From NCBI GenBank assembly GCA_023231475.1, contig JALJEE010003153.1, positions 1 through 56,758 of the forward strand: a stretch of DNA of 56,758 nt, read 5' to 3'. Shown in pieces: positions 25,032 to 42,906 of the stretch (the first letter of the stretch is position 1; each line of letters starts with the position of its first letter). The notes beneath the pieces are model-generated. The model saw only the letters and a list, made by a program, of their open reading frames with translations. It was not told the origin of the DNA and did no database searches. The position numbers were made by a program, and so were the translations under genes. This DNA comes from Seison nebaliae (Eukaryota).

Positions 25032-28000
25032 GATCAGTGATAGAAGTGATTCATGTATTTAGATAGATTAACGGATAAGTATATGAGAGTTAATGATAAT
25101 CGATTTGTATGGAAATATTCATTTCCATATAATCATTTGGGAAATGGAAGAAGAAGAATTAGAAAAGAAACGTTATTTACTCTGTCGTCAGTTTGGGGTT
25201 GCGTTCATGGCTGATAATTGACGAGTGATGAAAGAAGATAGGTGAAGAATGAGATAGGTCTATGTTGGAAACAGCCATTGGACAATGGCAGTCTTTCAAT
25301 GAGCATAAATCAAATGTATTCTCATTTATTTTCGATTCATTATATTACGAAACATTCAGATGGAAGAACTATTAATAGACAGAACAGTAGTTCTTGAGTG
25401 ATCACATTTGGCATTCTCATACAAATCTTCTCTTCTCAACTTGTGTAATATGGAAACGAGAAGATTTCTCCTTCTCACCGTCCATTATCTCATCTCTTCC
25501 AATTCTCCTTCCATTCCTTTCCAGTGTTATATTTTCCGTTTGTTTCCACGTTGGCGTAAACATCCTTTACTGTCGATCGCACAATCGATGACAAGATGCA
25601 CCCGTTCATTGTAAAGGATCATGAAAATTGCATTATACAGAAATTATTGACCTCCTCATCTTTCTCCATTCTTCTTCTAAACAAATCGATCTTATCACAC
25701 ATTGGAATCAGAGGGAATTAGTCATCACAGTCGGGAGAATACTCTTTTCTTATCAGGAAAATAACGTATCGGCTATTAAGTGATGTAAACGGAGGGGTGG
25801 ATTATCACTGTCGATCGAACTAGAAAGAATAGATATTTTCTTTTATTATTACTATTAGTTTCTGAATGAAATTCGAACAATATAGCCACCACTCCTCTCT
25901 TCTCCTTTTCGGCGCGGAGAATATTTGAAATGGTTTGGAGATGAGAAGACCCGAAAATTTATATATTATTACGAAAAATTATTAGACTAATGTCGCTCAT
26001 TGATACGATGATAGAAAATTCCATTAAGAACAATTATTTTGAGTGGTCGTGGAAGTCTATTGGAGAGAACGAATCATTGGAATAAGAGAAGATGAAGGAA
26101 TTAAAGTATGTTAATGGTATTACACCATCATAATGGAGATTAGCAAATTTCGTATATGTGAAGAATGAGATTATCGATGAACTATTGATGATGAGAGAAA
26201 GAAAAAATAATAAATCAATAATAATAATTCCCAACATCATAAAACTATTCGAAATAATTAATTATTATTCTGTTCCATTTATCCGAATCATATTTCTGCT
26301 TTATCGATCGACAAAAAACCTCCTTACACGTGATCCACATTCATCTTCATGAGATATGGTGAGAAGAAGAAAGTTGGATATGTTTCCAAGTTCATTCTTC
26401 AATTAGGAGTTTCTCTTACTTTTCGACTTTTCTCAAGCTTTAAATATGTCCATTCGGACTTTTCTCAACCTGCAAGTGCCAATTTCGGACAGTTGCCAAC
26501 TTATAAATTTATAATATTAACTAAATGGTTATTTAGAAGTGCTTAATCTCCTTCACCACTAACGCTTTCCCCGTTTACAGTAACTAAATATTTTATTTCA
26601 TATCCAGCAATCAAAATTTTTTGTAAATTGTGATTTTCAGTTTATCGAATCACACCAATGTAACGAAATTTACATATGAGACTAGATATGACTTCCAATA
26701 AGGTTAATGAACATCTCTTCATTCTTCTGGTTTGTGCATAAGATGTTAAGGTAAAAGAAAGAAACAGCACAACTGGTTCTACCAAAGAGGAATTCTGAAA
26801 AAATAAAGGTTAAAGATATGTTCTTCTTAATTGAATCATTATAAACAGTCGTTCCTCAACCATTTCCCACAAATCCATGACCAAATGTCCAAAATTGATT
26901 TTTCAAAGAAAGAAGCAGAACGGGAGAATTAATCCTACCAAATTCAGGTTGAACGAATAAAGATTCCACCTTAGTTTAGTCCACCAATTTTTCCAATAAT
27001 TCTTTTTGAGGAAAGATATGAAGAGTCAAAAAGACAACCTAAAAGGATGAAGTTCAACCTTTTATTATATATAACGTGTGTAAAGGAAGAGTGTATCTTT
27101 TTACTTATGCGGTAAGTAGCACATGCTTATTTAGCGCCATATTTTTATTGCACACATTACAAATAGTTACATATTCCTTTTTATGTGATATTAATTACTT
27201 AATGTTCAAACGCTTTTTTCTGCACGTTACAGTGCAGGTACAACTTAGAGACAAAGTTAACGCTAACAAAAGTATTATTAGAATTTAAAACTTCAAGATC
27301 AACCTCACAATTTCTTGGATTCCCTTTTTAAGTGAGATAAGTGTGATAATATAATATTTCTTATATGTTTTATCCAGTTTCTTCACCATTTTACTTCCTG
27401 ATCTTTTTCCAATAATCATATTTTCTTTAAAATTTCATCGTTCTCCATTTCACACCTATAAAAATATATATCATAATACTTAATGTTTATTGGTGAAATT
27501 GAAGAGATTAATTAAATGATAAATTTAAGGTGGAGAAAAATGTGAAATTACATTTGGGGGATTGAGAAAAGCCCGAAAGGCGGTTATAAAGATTGAGAAA
27601 AATCCAGAATGATAGATGAGAATTGTCTTTTTTTCTTATAAAAAGAAAAGTGGAAGGATTGAGAAAAGTCCGAATATCCATTTTTGTTCTCTTTGATTTT
27701 TGCTTTATAATCATCATCATCATGATAACGATCAATAGAAACATTCATAATTCTCAATAGTCTTCTCCCGACTAGCTCAGTCCGTTCATCTCATTCTTTT
27801 CATAACGAGTGTTGGTAGACAGTAGAAATGCATATATTTTCAGATTGGTGTTTGGACTTGTACTGGTAGAAATAATGTGAGTTGGTCTCTCCTCTACGCT
27901 TGTGAGAAGAAGAGTAAGTGGAAGAATAGTTGAAGAGGATGAACACGATTCACAAATATTACGAAATTTTTTCGGAAGACAGAATTAATTTTTTTATGAA

Positions 28001-29851
28001 TCTCCTCCTTCTACCGCCTTTTTTTCCCATTGAAAGTAAATGAAATATAGAAATGTATATGTATCTCCGGTGAAGTGAGCGAATGATTAGTTGGGTAAGA
28101 AGGAAAAACCTCGTTCCAAAAAGCTCAGTACTTCTTCTATCTCTGCTCACTCACTCGCATCTCCAGACTACATATAATATAAAATAATGTGGTGTGGAAA
28201 TTGAGCAGTATATGTTGTTTTTTTTTTTCGAAGTTCCTTTTCTTCTTTTTATTCCCAAAACAAATGTTACGAGTCTATTATCTTCTTTTTGCCTCACAAT
28301 AACTATCACGATTCATGGAATGATGAGAGTAGAACCAGTAAATAATTGATAAACTATTGGGATGTTGGTGGGGTACATGGAGGATGAAGATAATCAATAA
28401 ATAGAGATCGTTACTATTATCAGTTTCTCTTGTGATTCGCACAGTTTCCCTCTTTACTAATTTAATTCTTTTGTTTCTTTTGTTTTTCCCCTATTATATA
28501 AGAGTTTGATAATAAATTAATTTATTTTAACATTCTCCTTATGAACATTAGAAGAATCCCGATGGTGATCGTCCAACATAACATTTGAGAGATATATATA
28601 TATATAAACATGATGGAACTATAAAGTTTTATATAAAGATGGAAAGATTGACCGATAATTATTCCGAATAAATATTATATGATGAATTATTTCCATGTTA
28701 ATTCCTTTCTTTTTCAAATACTTTACCATGATCGATTTTTGAATTTAGAAGAATTATTTTCCTAATTATGTTATATGTGTCCCTCATCGTTCCACTTCAT
28801 CACATTATCTAACTGAGAAATTTCAATGAACTTTTCAATCCTTCCTCTTTTTTTTTTCGATTTTCAATTTAATTAATTAATTCTTTTTTTTTTATTAATT
28901 TTTATTAGATATTGATTTTCCATTCTTTTTGTTCTGTGTTCCTTATTAGGATAGTAAGTTTCTAAAAATTTTTTTAGTTGTTAACTTTCCATCTTTTTGT
29001 CGACAACATATTGTCTTTGACATATCAAACAATATTGGAAAAGAGTTTTGATTAATTTCAACATTGATTACTGTCTAATAATTCAATAGATTCAATCAAT
29101 TCTTAATTAATTTTATGTTAGTCCTATGTGGGATTGTGGCGAGCGGGGAGGGAGGGGGAACGGAGAGAAGAGAACAGTCTCGCTTCGTTCCCAATGACCC
29201 GACATGCGATATAGTTTTTGCGAATAATCGATAGGCGATGTGTAACAATTGTGAAATGTATGAGTGGTGAAGGTATAACACGTCATCTGGTGTGGAAAGA
29301 ATGTCGAGTTATAAATATTGGGCAGCATGTGTAATTAGAATGATTAGCTTTCCTCCAACTTCATGAAATATGCTCTCCAACATTTTCTTTCAAGAATTGC
29401 ATCTTCTGACGAACATGTTTTATTCTATATATCCTCATCGTTTACATGTCGTTTCTTATTATACTTATAATTTATTCGACCAGTTGGAGACGAATTCTAA
29501 ACGATAATATATATTTCTTCTACTAAATGAGGAATATTAATTAAATTTTCTATTTTAGATTGGATCGATGTCTTGATAAGACATCCTCCCACATATCGCT
29601 CCCGTTTCTTCAATGAATTCATATGAAATAATTGGAATATAATGAAAGAAATGTGTGAATATTTCCTTTCTCAATAATTGAATTTATCTCAATTCCAATT
29701 TCTGATTTCTCCATTTAAATTATCTTCAGATAAAAATTTCTATTTTTTTTCTTTTTCGATATCATCATTTCTTTCGACGACAACGACGACGACGACAACG
29801 ACAACGACGAATCGAATAGCAAACAAATCAAATCAAAATATTTAGCTGTGA

Positions 29852-33923
<4,072 letters not shown>

Positions 33924-33943
33924 TTCGTTCGTTTAATTAATTC

Positions 33944-33970
33944 CACAACAACAACAACAACAACAACAAC
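33944..33970. repeat. (CAA)n microsatellite just after the SERCA stop
   Basis: Direct reading. (CA)n tracts also occur near 35388-35415 and 36071-36099. Confidence 0.9.
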
Positions 33971-35385
33971 AGCAACTCTTTCTTGAGAATTATCATCAAA
34001 CTTTTATTTTTATTACAAATTCATATTATATTCATCCATCATCTCATTTTTGATGAGTGTTTTGATTTTTAAAAGAAAAAAAAAGTCCAAGAGAAACCTA
34101 TTTTTAATTTCTTCTACATTTCTCTCTATCTTCTTCCTTTCCTTTCTTCGTTATTGACACATTAATCCGGATATTTATTTGCATTCCAATTCTTTCATAA
34201 TACCAATATTCATAGAGATATCTTCCCACTGATCGTCACTAACTCTAATAACTGATAATAATAGTCATTCTCCGATCATTCGTAAAAAGCATGACATAGC
34301 ATGAGAATTGAATGAAATAGAAAGACATGGAATTATGAGCAAATATTATTTCGAATTGAACATGAATGTAAATTCAGTGGAAACTTTTCATTCCTTTTTT
34401 TTTCCATTAAATATTTATTAATATATATCTATCTATGTATATTGATCCTGATAATAATTTCCCCATCTTTTTATCCTTGTTCCATTATTCCTTCATCTTT
34501 CTCAGTCATCATCTCCCACAAACCTTTTTGCCAAGTTCAGTCATACTGGTCGGATATGTACAATTTCAGTTTCGCTCACTCATCTCCACAAAGGAGAAAT
34601 TGTACATTTACATAATTTTATTCACGATCCAAAAAATTCCGTCTTTTTAATAAAGAATCCGTTTCATTCCTCCTATCTCTCTCTCTCTATCTGTTTCTCA
34701 CTCTCTCTCTCTCACAATGAACCAATCTAGTAAAATTCTTTCATTCCTAATGTTTTCGCGGCTTGTTACATTTTACCATTCGTTAACTAATTATTCGATA
34801 TGTTTTAAGAAACTTTTGATAGTAGTTTTACCATCGTCACTTTTCGTCACTCACAATATTAACATCTAATTTAAATGAAATTTCTTTTCTGGTTTCTTAT
34901 CGAATCATTGATTGTCTTTTCTTATTTTTTCCGCTCGTATTTGTTTGAACCCAAACCATTAATCGACTGTGGTGCAATCGTCATTTGGAGAGATTGGAGC
35001 TAATTAATTCTTTTCTTTTTTCCTTTGCCAGTTGAATGTGTTGTGGTAACGGACGAATAAATTTAATCGATGTCGAAACTCGTCAGAATGTGAAGAAAAT
35101 AATTATATAAATTAATGTGTTTCTCATCGTGCAGTGTAAAACTAAAGAAAAAAAAACATCCGAGATATTTCTCACCTTAGTCTTTTGTTTTGGAGAAAAA
35201 AAAAACAAACAAACAAACAAACAAACTCATTCTGCAACGGTGATATTATCCACCATTTTCTTTTCTTTTTTGTTGGTAATTTTGGCGAAACGTACATTAG
35301 TATCTCCTACAAATTTATTAGAATTATTTTAATCTTTCTTAGCATCTCTTTCAAAATATTTCCTCGAATACACACACTTTTACAC

Positions 35386-35418
<33 letters not shown>

Positions 35419-36067
35419 CACACACACTTAGAGACGAGAAAGAACATGCGAAGTTCGTCAATTAGAAAGAAGAACAATCATCAGTAATTTATATTAGATG
35501 ATTGTTTGTAATTGTGCCATCGGCAGGTTACACATCATCTCCCAACGAAGTTGTAGTTGAGAATCATGCTTAATTAATTCGATGAGATAATTCTCGCTAT
35601 CTCCTCCCCATAAATTCCACACCTCGTAAGAACGTAATCTTACTCCAATTTCTTTGAGATGATCGAACAAATAGATGGATTGAAAAAAAAGATGAATCAA
35701 TTTTTTTTTCTCCTCAACTTTATTCTTCTTTCTCGTTACCATGTTTCTGATGACGAAAGATATGTCATTTGTTCTTGAATTGGATGCACCATTCTTCTTC
35801 TCCCTCCTCCCCCTTTTCTTCTCCACTCCACACAACAAAGCTACTTTTCATCTCAAATAAAACAATCAATCCGTTACCATCATCCAACCCAACGAACATA
35901 CAATCGTACATTAATATTTGACGAACCTAATATTCAGATATCATGCAGATACTTTCACAAACTTATCATATTATCATTCATTGTGAGGAGATGCTCTTTC
36001 ATCGCCATTATTAACATTTATTAATTATTACAACTATTTCTTTGTCGATTTCGTTCTACGCACACAG

Positions 36068-36100
<33 letters not shown>

Positions 36101-39100
36101 CCACACTCACATATTTTCGTTTTCTTGGAAAAAATATTTTTTTCTTATTTTCAAAAAGAAATTTTATTGCGAAAGAAAATTCACTTTAGTTCATCCATGA
36201 AATTGACTCATCTCTCTCTCTCTCTCTCTTCGTTATTTACTACTACTTCGAATAAACTTTGAAAATTTTTAACACCGCCACCCGGTTCTCGTTAAAACCG
36301 AGTTGTCGTCGTCATTCTTGGGAAAGTGAGGTCATCCTAATGAAAGAGTCGTCGAAATTCATTGCCGTGATTCATTATCCACAATCCTTTCATTCATTCA
36401 ACTCATAGCCATATCTTAGTCAGTAGTAGTGGTAGTGGAGGATGGAGGCGACACATGGAATAACAGAAGTGTTTCTATTTCAGTTTCTCCTTCTTTTCAA
36501 ACAAACCTTTTCATCACATAATCGCTCTCCCCTCAACTACACAATCTTCTCCATCATCCAGTCAACTCATCAACAATATCGATTATAATACCATTATATA
36601 TTTATATATATGAGAATGTGTTGAGACACATCTTGTGAAGACTCGACATCCATCGAGAACTATCAATTTATTTCATACTTTTCCCACAATACTTTTCTCT
36701 TATCATCATTTTCTGTTTTCAATTTGTTGAATTTTCAACTTTAGAGTGAAGTACATCCATCCCATCCTTTCACTTTCGGAAGGACATATTGGAAATTCTT
36801 ATTTAACTCATCGTCATCAGAACAAAATATATACAGACAAACTTACTCAATCATCTTCCTCTTTTTTTCATATTTTTCATTCGACGTCGATATATTCTCT
36901 CAATCCCGATACGATTCTTTTAATAATACGATTGTTTTGTATTTGTAATTGAAATATACTGGAAAGAAATGACAGACCACCGACATATCTGCACACAACG
37001 ACACCAAACGATAGGAGGAGAGGTGTTCATTAAAAATTTTATGTTCCAAGGAACAAAAGGAGAAGAAATCGTTATTAAGAATTTGTAACTGACTATCAGA
37101 TTGTTCTAGGAAGGAATGAGGACACACGTAATGCAAATAATAACATATTACTAATATTCTTATTATGCGATTATTCTTAAGCAACGTCTAAACATTCAAA
37201 GAAATTTAACTCTATTGCTTCCGCACATGAACGAAATAGTTGGGAGCGGATTGAATGTCCTATATCAATTTCAAGCCATATCTCTAAAAACCGAGTGCGT
37301 TAATGTAATTGTGGACATTGTCTTCTTATCCTCGTCGTTTTTGGTGCTTAAGGATAATATTATTAGTGGAATTGAGATAAGCATATTGCCAAAAACCTCT
37401 TATTGCCAATAAGTTATTGACAACCTATTGAAAAGGGGGCGATGGAATTCATTTAAAAACACTCTGATTATTAGTTGATGGAATTGAAATAAATATCTCT
37501 CGCTTATGGCTAATTATATAATCGCATTTTTCTTCGTTTTCTTCAACGACTAATTCTGTAGATTATTTGGATCTCCAATTAATTTTCAATTTCACTATTT
37601 TTTACATATTCCCTTTAACTCATTTCAGTCATCCTAAACAGAAAGTTTGTCATTCAACCGAAACACCATGAAAATAATTAACATTTCACAACAGATTTAT
37701 CCTTCTCCATTATCAGACCGTATGATACTAAAATGAAAAGAATGACTACTATCATCAGATTCAGAATTTAGGAAGAACAGCAACATGATATTAATTTCTA
37801 CTCAACATTCCTTCTCTCCCTCATAAGAAGTGAAGACATTGAGACTTTGTGTGTGTTAATAATATGACAATAAATGGTAAGTTTCCATCTACTAACATTA
37901 TTTATGTAAGAATTTAGTTGTTTCTTGAATAATCTATGCTTTTCCTTATTATTCAAAATGGAGATCATTTTTTAATTTTCATTCGCCTTCAAATTTTTGT
38001 TCTTGCCGTCTTCGTAGATTCCTTCTTCAATTGGAAGAACAATTGAATGTTTTGAAATTTTTTCTTTCTTTTTCTTTTAGAGAAACAAAGGCAATGGAGG
38101 AATAACCATTAGTATGCAAATTTACTGCTTTCACCAAAATGATTAGATCATTTCGAATTAAAATCGCCTGATTGAATAGGTAACTGATGCTGACTTTATT
38201 CTTCTCACACATTTCTTCCCAATATACTCTCCTCGATTTTTCTCAAATTAATTCGATTCGATTATCTTGTTTTGGAGAGTCGAGAGGAAATATTGATGGA
38301 ATAGGAATTATGAAATTTATTCACATACTATCGACTATATGAACTGTCTCACTGTAATTATGAAAACATATTTAAGTTTATAGAAATAATTACACGAATA
38401 AATAAATTGGGTTAAAGTCGCCATATTAAAGGCTGGGAAAAGAGTAGAACCCATGAAAATTCGGAAAAACTTCTTTTTTATTTTCTTCTTTTATTTTCGT
38501 TTTTTTTATTATGTTGAACATTTATACCACTGATAAAAATGGCGCCAGCACAATTTTCATCGAACTGATCTGTAACGTCGTTTTTAAGAAAAAATAATTT
38601 TATTGATATTCTTTCTTTGCATTCCTTCGGGTATAAATAAATTTAGTTCATCTTCATCCCAATATCATACTAGTAGGTGTAATAGTAGTCGTCATTTCCT
38701 TTAAGAATAACGAATATAATATTATTCTCTTACTTCCAATTAGTTCCGTCATTCTTACTGAAATAAGATGAACAAAATAATTCTTTTCAATATCAATTCA
38801 CCTTCAAATCACCAACAATTTACGAAACGGGGAGCTCCATCTTCAATTGATAGAATTAGGGATCAACGAAGACGGAGATATCCCTCTCCACCTTCCGAGA
38901 AGACATTGGTGAATTGCCAATGCCATATGGCATGACGAGATGAGAGAAAGTTACAACTTGGCAATATTTCAAGAAAATGACATTTTATTTTTTATCTCAA
39001 ATGTTACACCTGTCACATTGGCAACTACGTTACATACGTATAACAATTGTATGGAAGCTTTCTTGCTCTCTTTCTTGTGGAAAAGATTCGAAAAATAAAT

Positions 39101-40611
39101 TTCTTTTATCGAACATACCATGATTAGATCTTATTGATCTTCCTTCGCTTTTATGTGGCTACCCCTCAACTTACTGTTAGTTAGAGTAGCCGAATTAGAC
39201 TACGGGAAGGGAATGTCATGTAAATATAAATTGGATAATTATAGAAATTAGAATAATTAATAATTAGCGGGAGTAAATGCATTTGAATAATGAATTCGCA
39301 TGAAAATTAAGAAAATAAGTGAAATTCTTGATGGTTGTCTCACCTCGTGACGGGCTTCTTTCAAATTCTTCCATTCCAATTCGTACGAAGGTTACTTAAA
39401 ATTACCCTAATTCTACTCGTCTATTCTCACTCGTCGATAGACATCAATGCATCATGTCCACTTTTCTTTCTTTTATTATTCAAACGAAACAGGCGGTTGG
39501 CTACCAAACAAAGAAAAGTTGATCTTTTGTTTCCTAGAATATGGGCGACATCGATGATTGCTACATAATCGACATTGATTAACTATCGCCGAAAATAGTT
39601 GATGTAGAAGTCACCATAAAAAACACAAAGTTCAAGGAATATTAATGTTTTTGTTTTCGTTAGTTCATTTAACTTCGTCCTCCTCATTAAGGCGCCTTAT
39701 TCATTCGATGTTTGTGATGCTCAATCAAAAATTAATTTTTTAGGATAAAATTATTCTAATGAATGTGATGATTATTATTCTTTTCTTATTCGATTTCTTA
39801 TTCTTCGTTTTCATCTATAAAAAAAAAGAAATTTTTCTGTTAAACTTTCTTCCGCTCGGTTAATTTTGTCAAAAAGAACTGATGGGTGGTATAGTTGAAG
39901 ATTGCGCTATGCTTCTGTTTTTCACCTTTCTTCATTTCCACTTACTTTTTTCTTACACATGATACATATGCGCATAGACGATTAAAGACACGCTCAACTA
40001 CATCCACACATATTTAGTTAGATGCCTAGAATTTTATTTATGTAAAATATTAGTTCAACTCGATTCTTGACGATATAATGTGTCGAGATAATGTATGTAT
40101 TGGTAGTGGAGAATTCAATATATTGATGTTATGTAATATTTATATGGGAACGATTCAAATAACTGCCAAATTGCTTCTTCTTCTTCTTCTTCTCCTTCTG
40201 CTTCTTCATAATTTTCGTCGGAATAAGAATTGTCAAAATATTTTCATTTATATTCCTCTTCTTCAAATACGTCCCTTATCCCAAAAACTGTCAGAACATG
40301 TTAGTGATACATATCTTACTCTGTTTTTCTTTTCTTTTATCTCCGATTCTTATCTTCTAATTACTGTTCTATTTGGTTGAAATCGTATAAATAATCAACA
40401 AATATACTTTTGTCTCAATATATTTAAGAAGAATTTGCCTTCACTCTTTACTATCCACGAATTTCCAAGAAATTGTTATTCACATTGTACTATCATCCTT
40501 CATCGATCACAATAAGCAACACATATAAACATACTCGCACACACAGAAACATCAGAAAAATTGAATTGGAAAAGAAAAGGACGGATGAATTTGATTGATT
40601 GAAAACTAGGA

Positions 40612-42609
40612 ATGTCGCATACATTACGTAGGAATTATGATATAAACGCCACATTCCTCCAATATCTCTATTCTCTCAATATTGACCCTTATGACTATAA
40701 GTATGTTCAAACGCGTCCATTCATACATTGGCAAGGAGATGTTTATCATTCGTTTGGTATTACAACCAAACAACGTCATATGCATAATCGTCGATATTAT
40801 ACACTCTCCTCTCAATTCGATCATTTCTACCGCGAGAGTGTTACTCCATGGAATAAAGGTATACTTCTAAAACCGTCGGATGCATTGATTGCTCAAGTTC
40901 GTTTAGCTGAAACGTATAATCGGTCAGTGACATGGAAGCACGTATTCTCAGCTATCTTACCCAAACTTACATTGACTGGTCAACTCAATTTAACAGCACT
41001 AAATCTCTCTCATTTGACGAAATATTTCAAAAGTGCTTCATGCATTCCAGCTGAAAGTACGTTGAACATATTCTTCGGCTCGCTTTATACTCATCAGAAT
41101 ATTTTGTTAAACAGCAATCAAACACTTTTGTATCTACCAAAGAATTTGTTAGAGAAAGTGGAATCACCGAGATTATGGCCGCCGATTCTCCCAAAGGAAA
41201 TATTGATAGATCAAGTTGATCATTTTCGTCATGCCTATGAGTCTCTCGAACGCACCTATCCCGTCATTCTCCTAATTATTGGAATTTTGTTCAACATTCT
41301 CAATTTGATCATTCTAAATCGAAGACCCATTCGTCAAATTCATAGTTCAACATACACTTATTTGCGGTGGTTAGCCGTCGCTGATATTCTTTCATTGTTT
41401 GTCGGTCTCACCGACAAGATATTTGGGGCGTATCTTCCTCGATATCAGTGGAGTGAACGTATAGTTTGGTTGTGTCGATTAAAAAAATTCTTTAATGGCG
41501 TCGGTCAATATAGTGCCACATGGATATTGGTTGCAGTTAGTGTTGATCGATTACTTTGGGTAATGCTCATGGCTAAAGCGAAACATATTTGTACTGAAAA
41601 ACAAGCACGATGCCATGTAGTATTAATAATTTGCTTATTTACCTTAATAAATTTACATTTCCTCTTTTTCTTTGGATGTGTGAGACAACCGTTTGGTTGT
41701 CATACGGTGGATGCACAACCTCAAATGATCGCTTGTGTGCCACCATGTCACTTACCACTCGACCATCCATACCTAATATTCACTCACAATTATTTGAATT
41801 GGATAGACGGAGTCATTTATAGTTACATGCCCTTCATTCTAATGTTGAGTAGTACTATCTTGTTTGCGAGGAAGGTTCTTCTCAAAGATCAACGACGCCA
41901 AATCCGATCATCGACGAGAAGACGTGTGAAAGTAACTTTTATTGGAACTTTACTCAATCGATTATATCACCTCCGTCATCAATTCAACAAAATGAAAAAT
42001 AATTCTTCGGCCATCTTTCATTCGCCACTCTTCCTACCACCAAATCATCGAAACAACAATTCATCAAACGAGAAAGAATTCCGTCAACGGCATAGCGACT
42101 CGTCATTAACAGAAAGAAGACGTTTAATAATTGTATGTGAGAAAGAGAAGGAATGGAACCATCAACAAACGTTGCCTATCCAACGGGTGACAATGGAAGA
42201 GACATCTCTCTCAATCGAACGAAACACGAATGTGTTACAAACGAATTCCATCACTTCAACTAGTATCGTGAAAGGAGTGAAACATGATTTAAAAAATAGA
42301 ATTTCTGCACCACGTCTCAAACGTTATCAAATGCGTCAGATTTGTAGAATGTTATTCTGCATGAACCTCTTCTTTCTCTTATGTTCCACACCGCGTTTCT
42401 TTCTCCAAGTTGTCGTTGTTCATTTATCACAGAACTATTCTAATAGTTCATTCATTCGATTCTATCTGAGTCTCGCCCAAATGTTCACTTACTTCATACA
42501 TTCTTTCAATTTCATTTTCTATTGTTTCACCAATCCTAAATTTCGTAGTGAATTGAAACTGTTTTTTTCTCATATATCATGTTCTTCTTTATCAAAATAC
42601 TGTCAATGA
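40612..42609 (+). CDS. Intronless class A (rhodopsin-like) peptide-receptor-type GPCR, 665 aa, with long N-terminus and long ICL3
   Basis: Seven hydrophobic segments. Motifs YLRWLAVAD (TM2), W-x-C in ECL1, VAVSVDRL (TM3), YSYMPF (TM5), LLCSTP (TM6) and HSFNFIFYCFTNPKFRSEL (TM7/H8). Confidence 0.9.
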   Translation: MSHTLRRNYDINATFLQYLYSLNIDPYDYKYVQTRPFIHWQGDVYHSFGITTKQRHMHNRRYYTLSSQFDHFYRESVTPWNKGILLKPSDALIAQVRLAETYNRSVTWKHVFSAILPKLTLTGQLNLTALNLSHLTKYFKSASCIPAESTLNIFFGSLYTHQNILLNSNQTLLYLPKNLLEKVESPRLWPPILPKEILIDQVDHFRHAYESLERTYPVILLIIGILFNILNLIILNRRPIRQIHSSTYTYLRWLAVADILSLFVGLTDKIFGAYLPRYQWSERIVWLCRLKKFFNGVGQYSATWILVAVSVDRLLWVMLMAKAKHICTEKQARCHVVLIICLFTLINLHFLFFFGCVRQPFGCHTVDAQPQMIACVPPCHLPLDHPYLIFTHNYLNWIDGVIYSYMPFILMLSSTILFARKVLLKDQRRQIRSSTRRRVKVTFIGTLLNRLYHLRHQFNKMKNNSSAIFHSPLFLPPNHRNNNSSNEKEFRQRHSDSSLTERRRLIIVCEKEKEWNHQQTLPIQRVTMEETSLSIERNTNVLQTNSITSTSIVKGVKHDLKNRISAPRLKRYQMRQICRMLFCMNLFFLLCSTPRFFLQVVVVHLSQNYSNSSFIRFYLSLAQMFTYFIHSFNFIFYCFTNPKFRSELKLFFSHISCSSLSKYCQ

Positions 42610-42906
42610 TCAATTAATTGGTATTTGATGAAGGATATTTTCCATCATACATCGCAATTCTCTTCTTTTTCATATCTTTGACTCAGTTAATGAGTTGCCA
42701 AAAACATTCTAAAGTTTTCACCTTTTCCTAAAGACACTCTAATAAGTTTTCGATCAATAAAGTATACAATTCAGCCTCTTTTGGTTTCTTTTGAAGTATT
42801 ATGAAGTTAGAGAAAAGAAGTTTTTCATTCTTGTTTTCGTGTAAAAGTGACCAAAGAGAATAAAAATATCGAACACTGATATATAATATATTATATCTAA
42901 ACGATA

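Noticed and set aside
26700..26910. Possible gypsy integrase relic (LKICSS..., VPQPFPTNP..., IDF across frames)
   Set aside because: It needs several frameshifts and stops and could be chance similarity.
39012..39025. X-box-like GTCACATTGGCAAC upstream of the GPCR pair
   Set aside because: Only one good half-site, wrong spacer, and 1.6 kb from the ATG.
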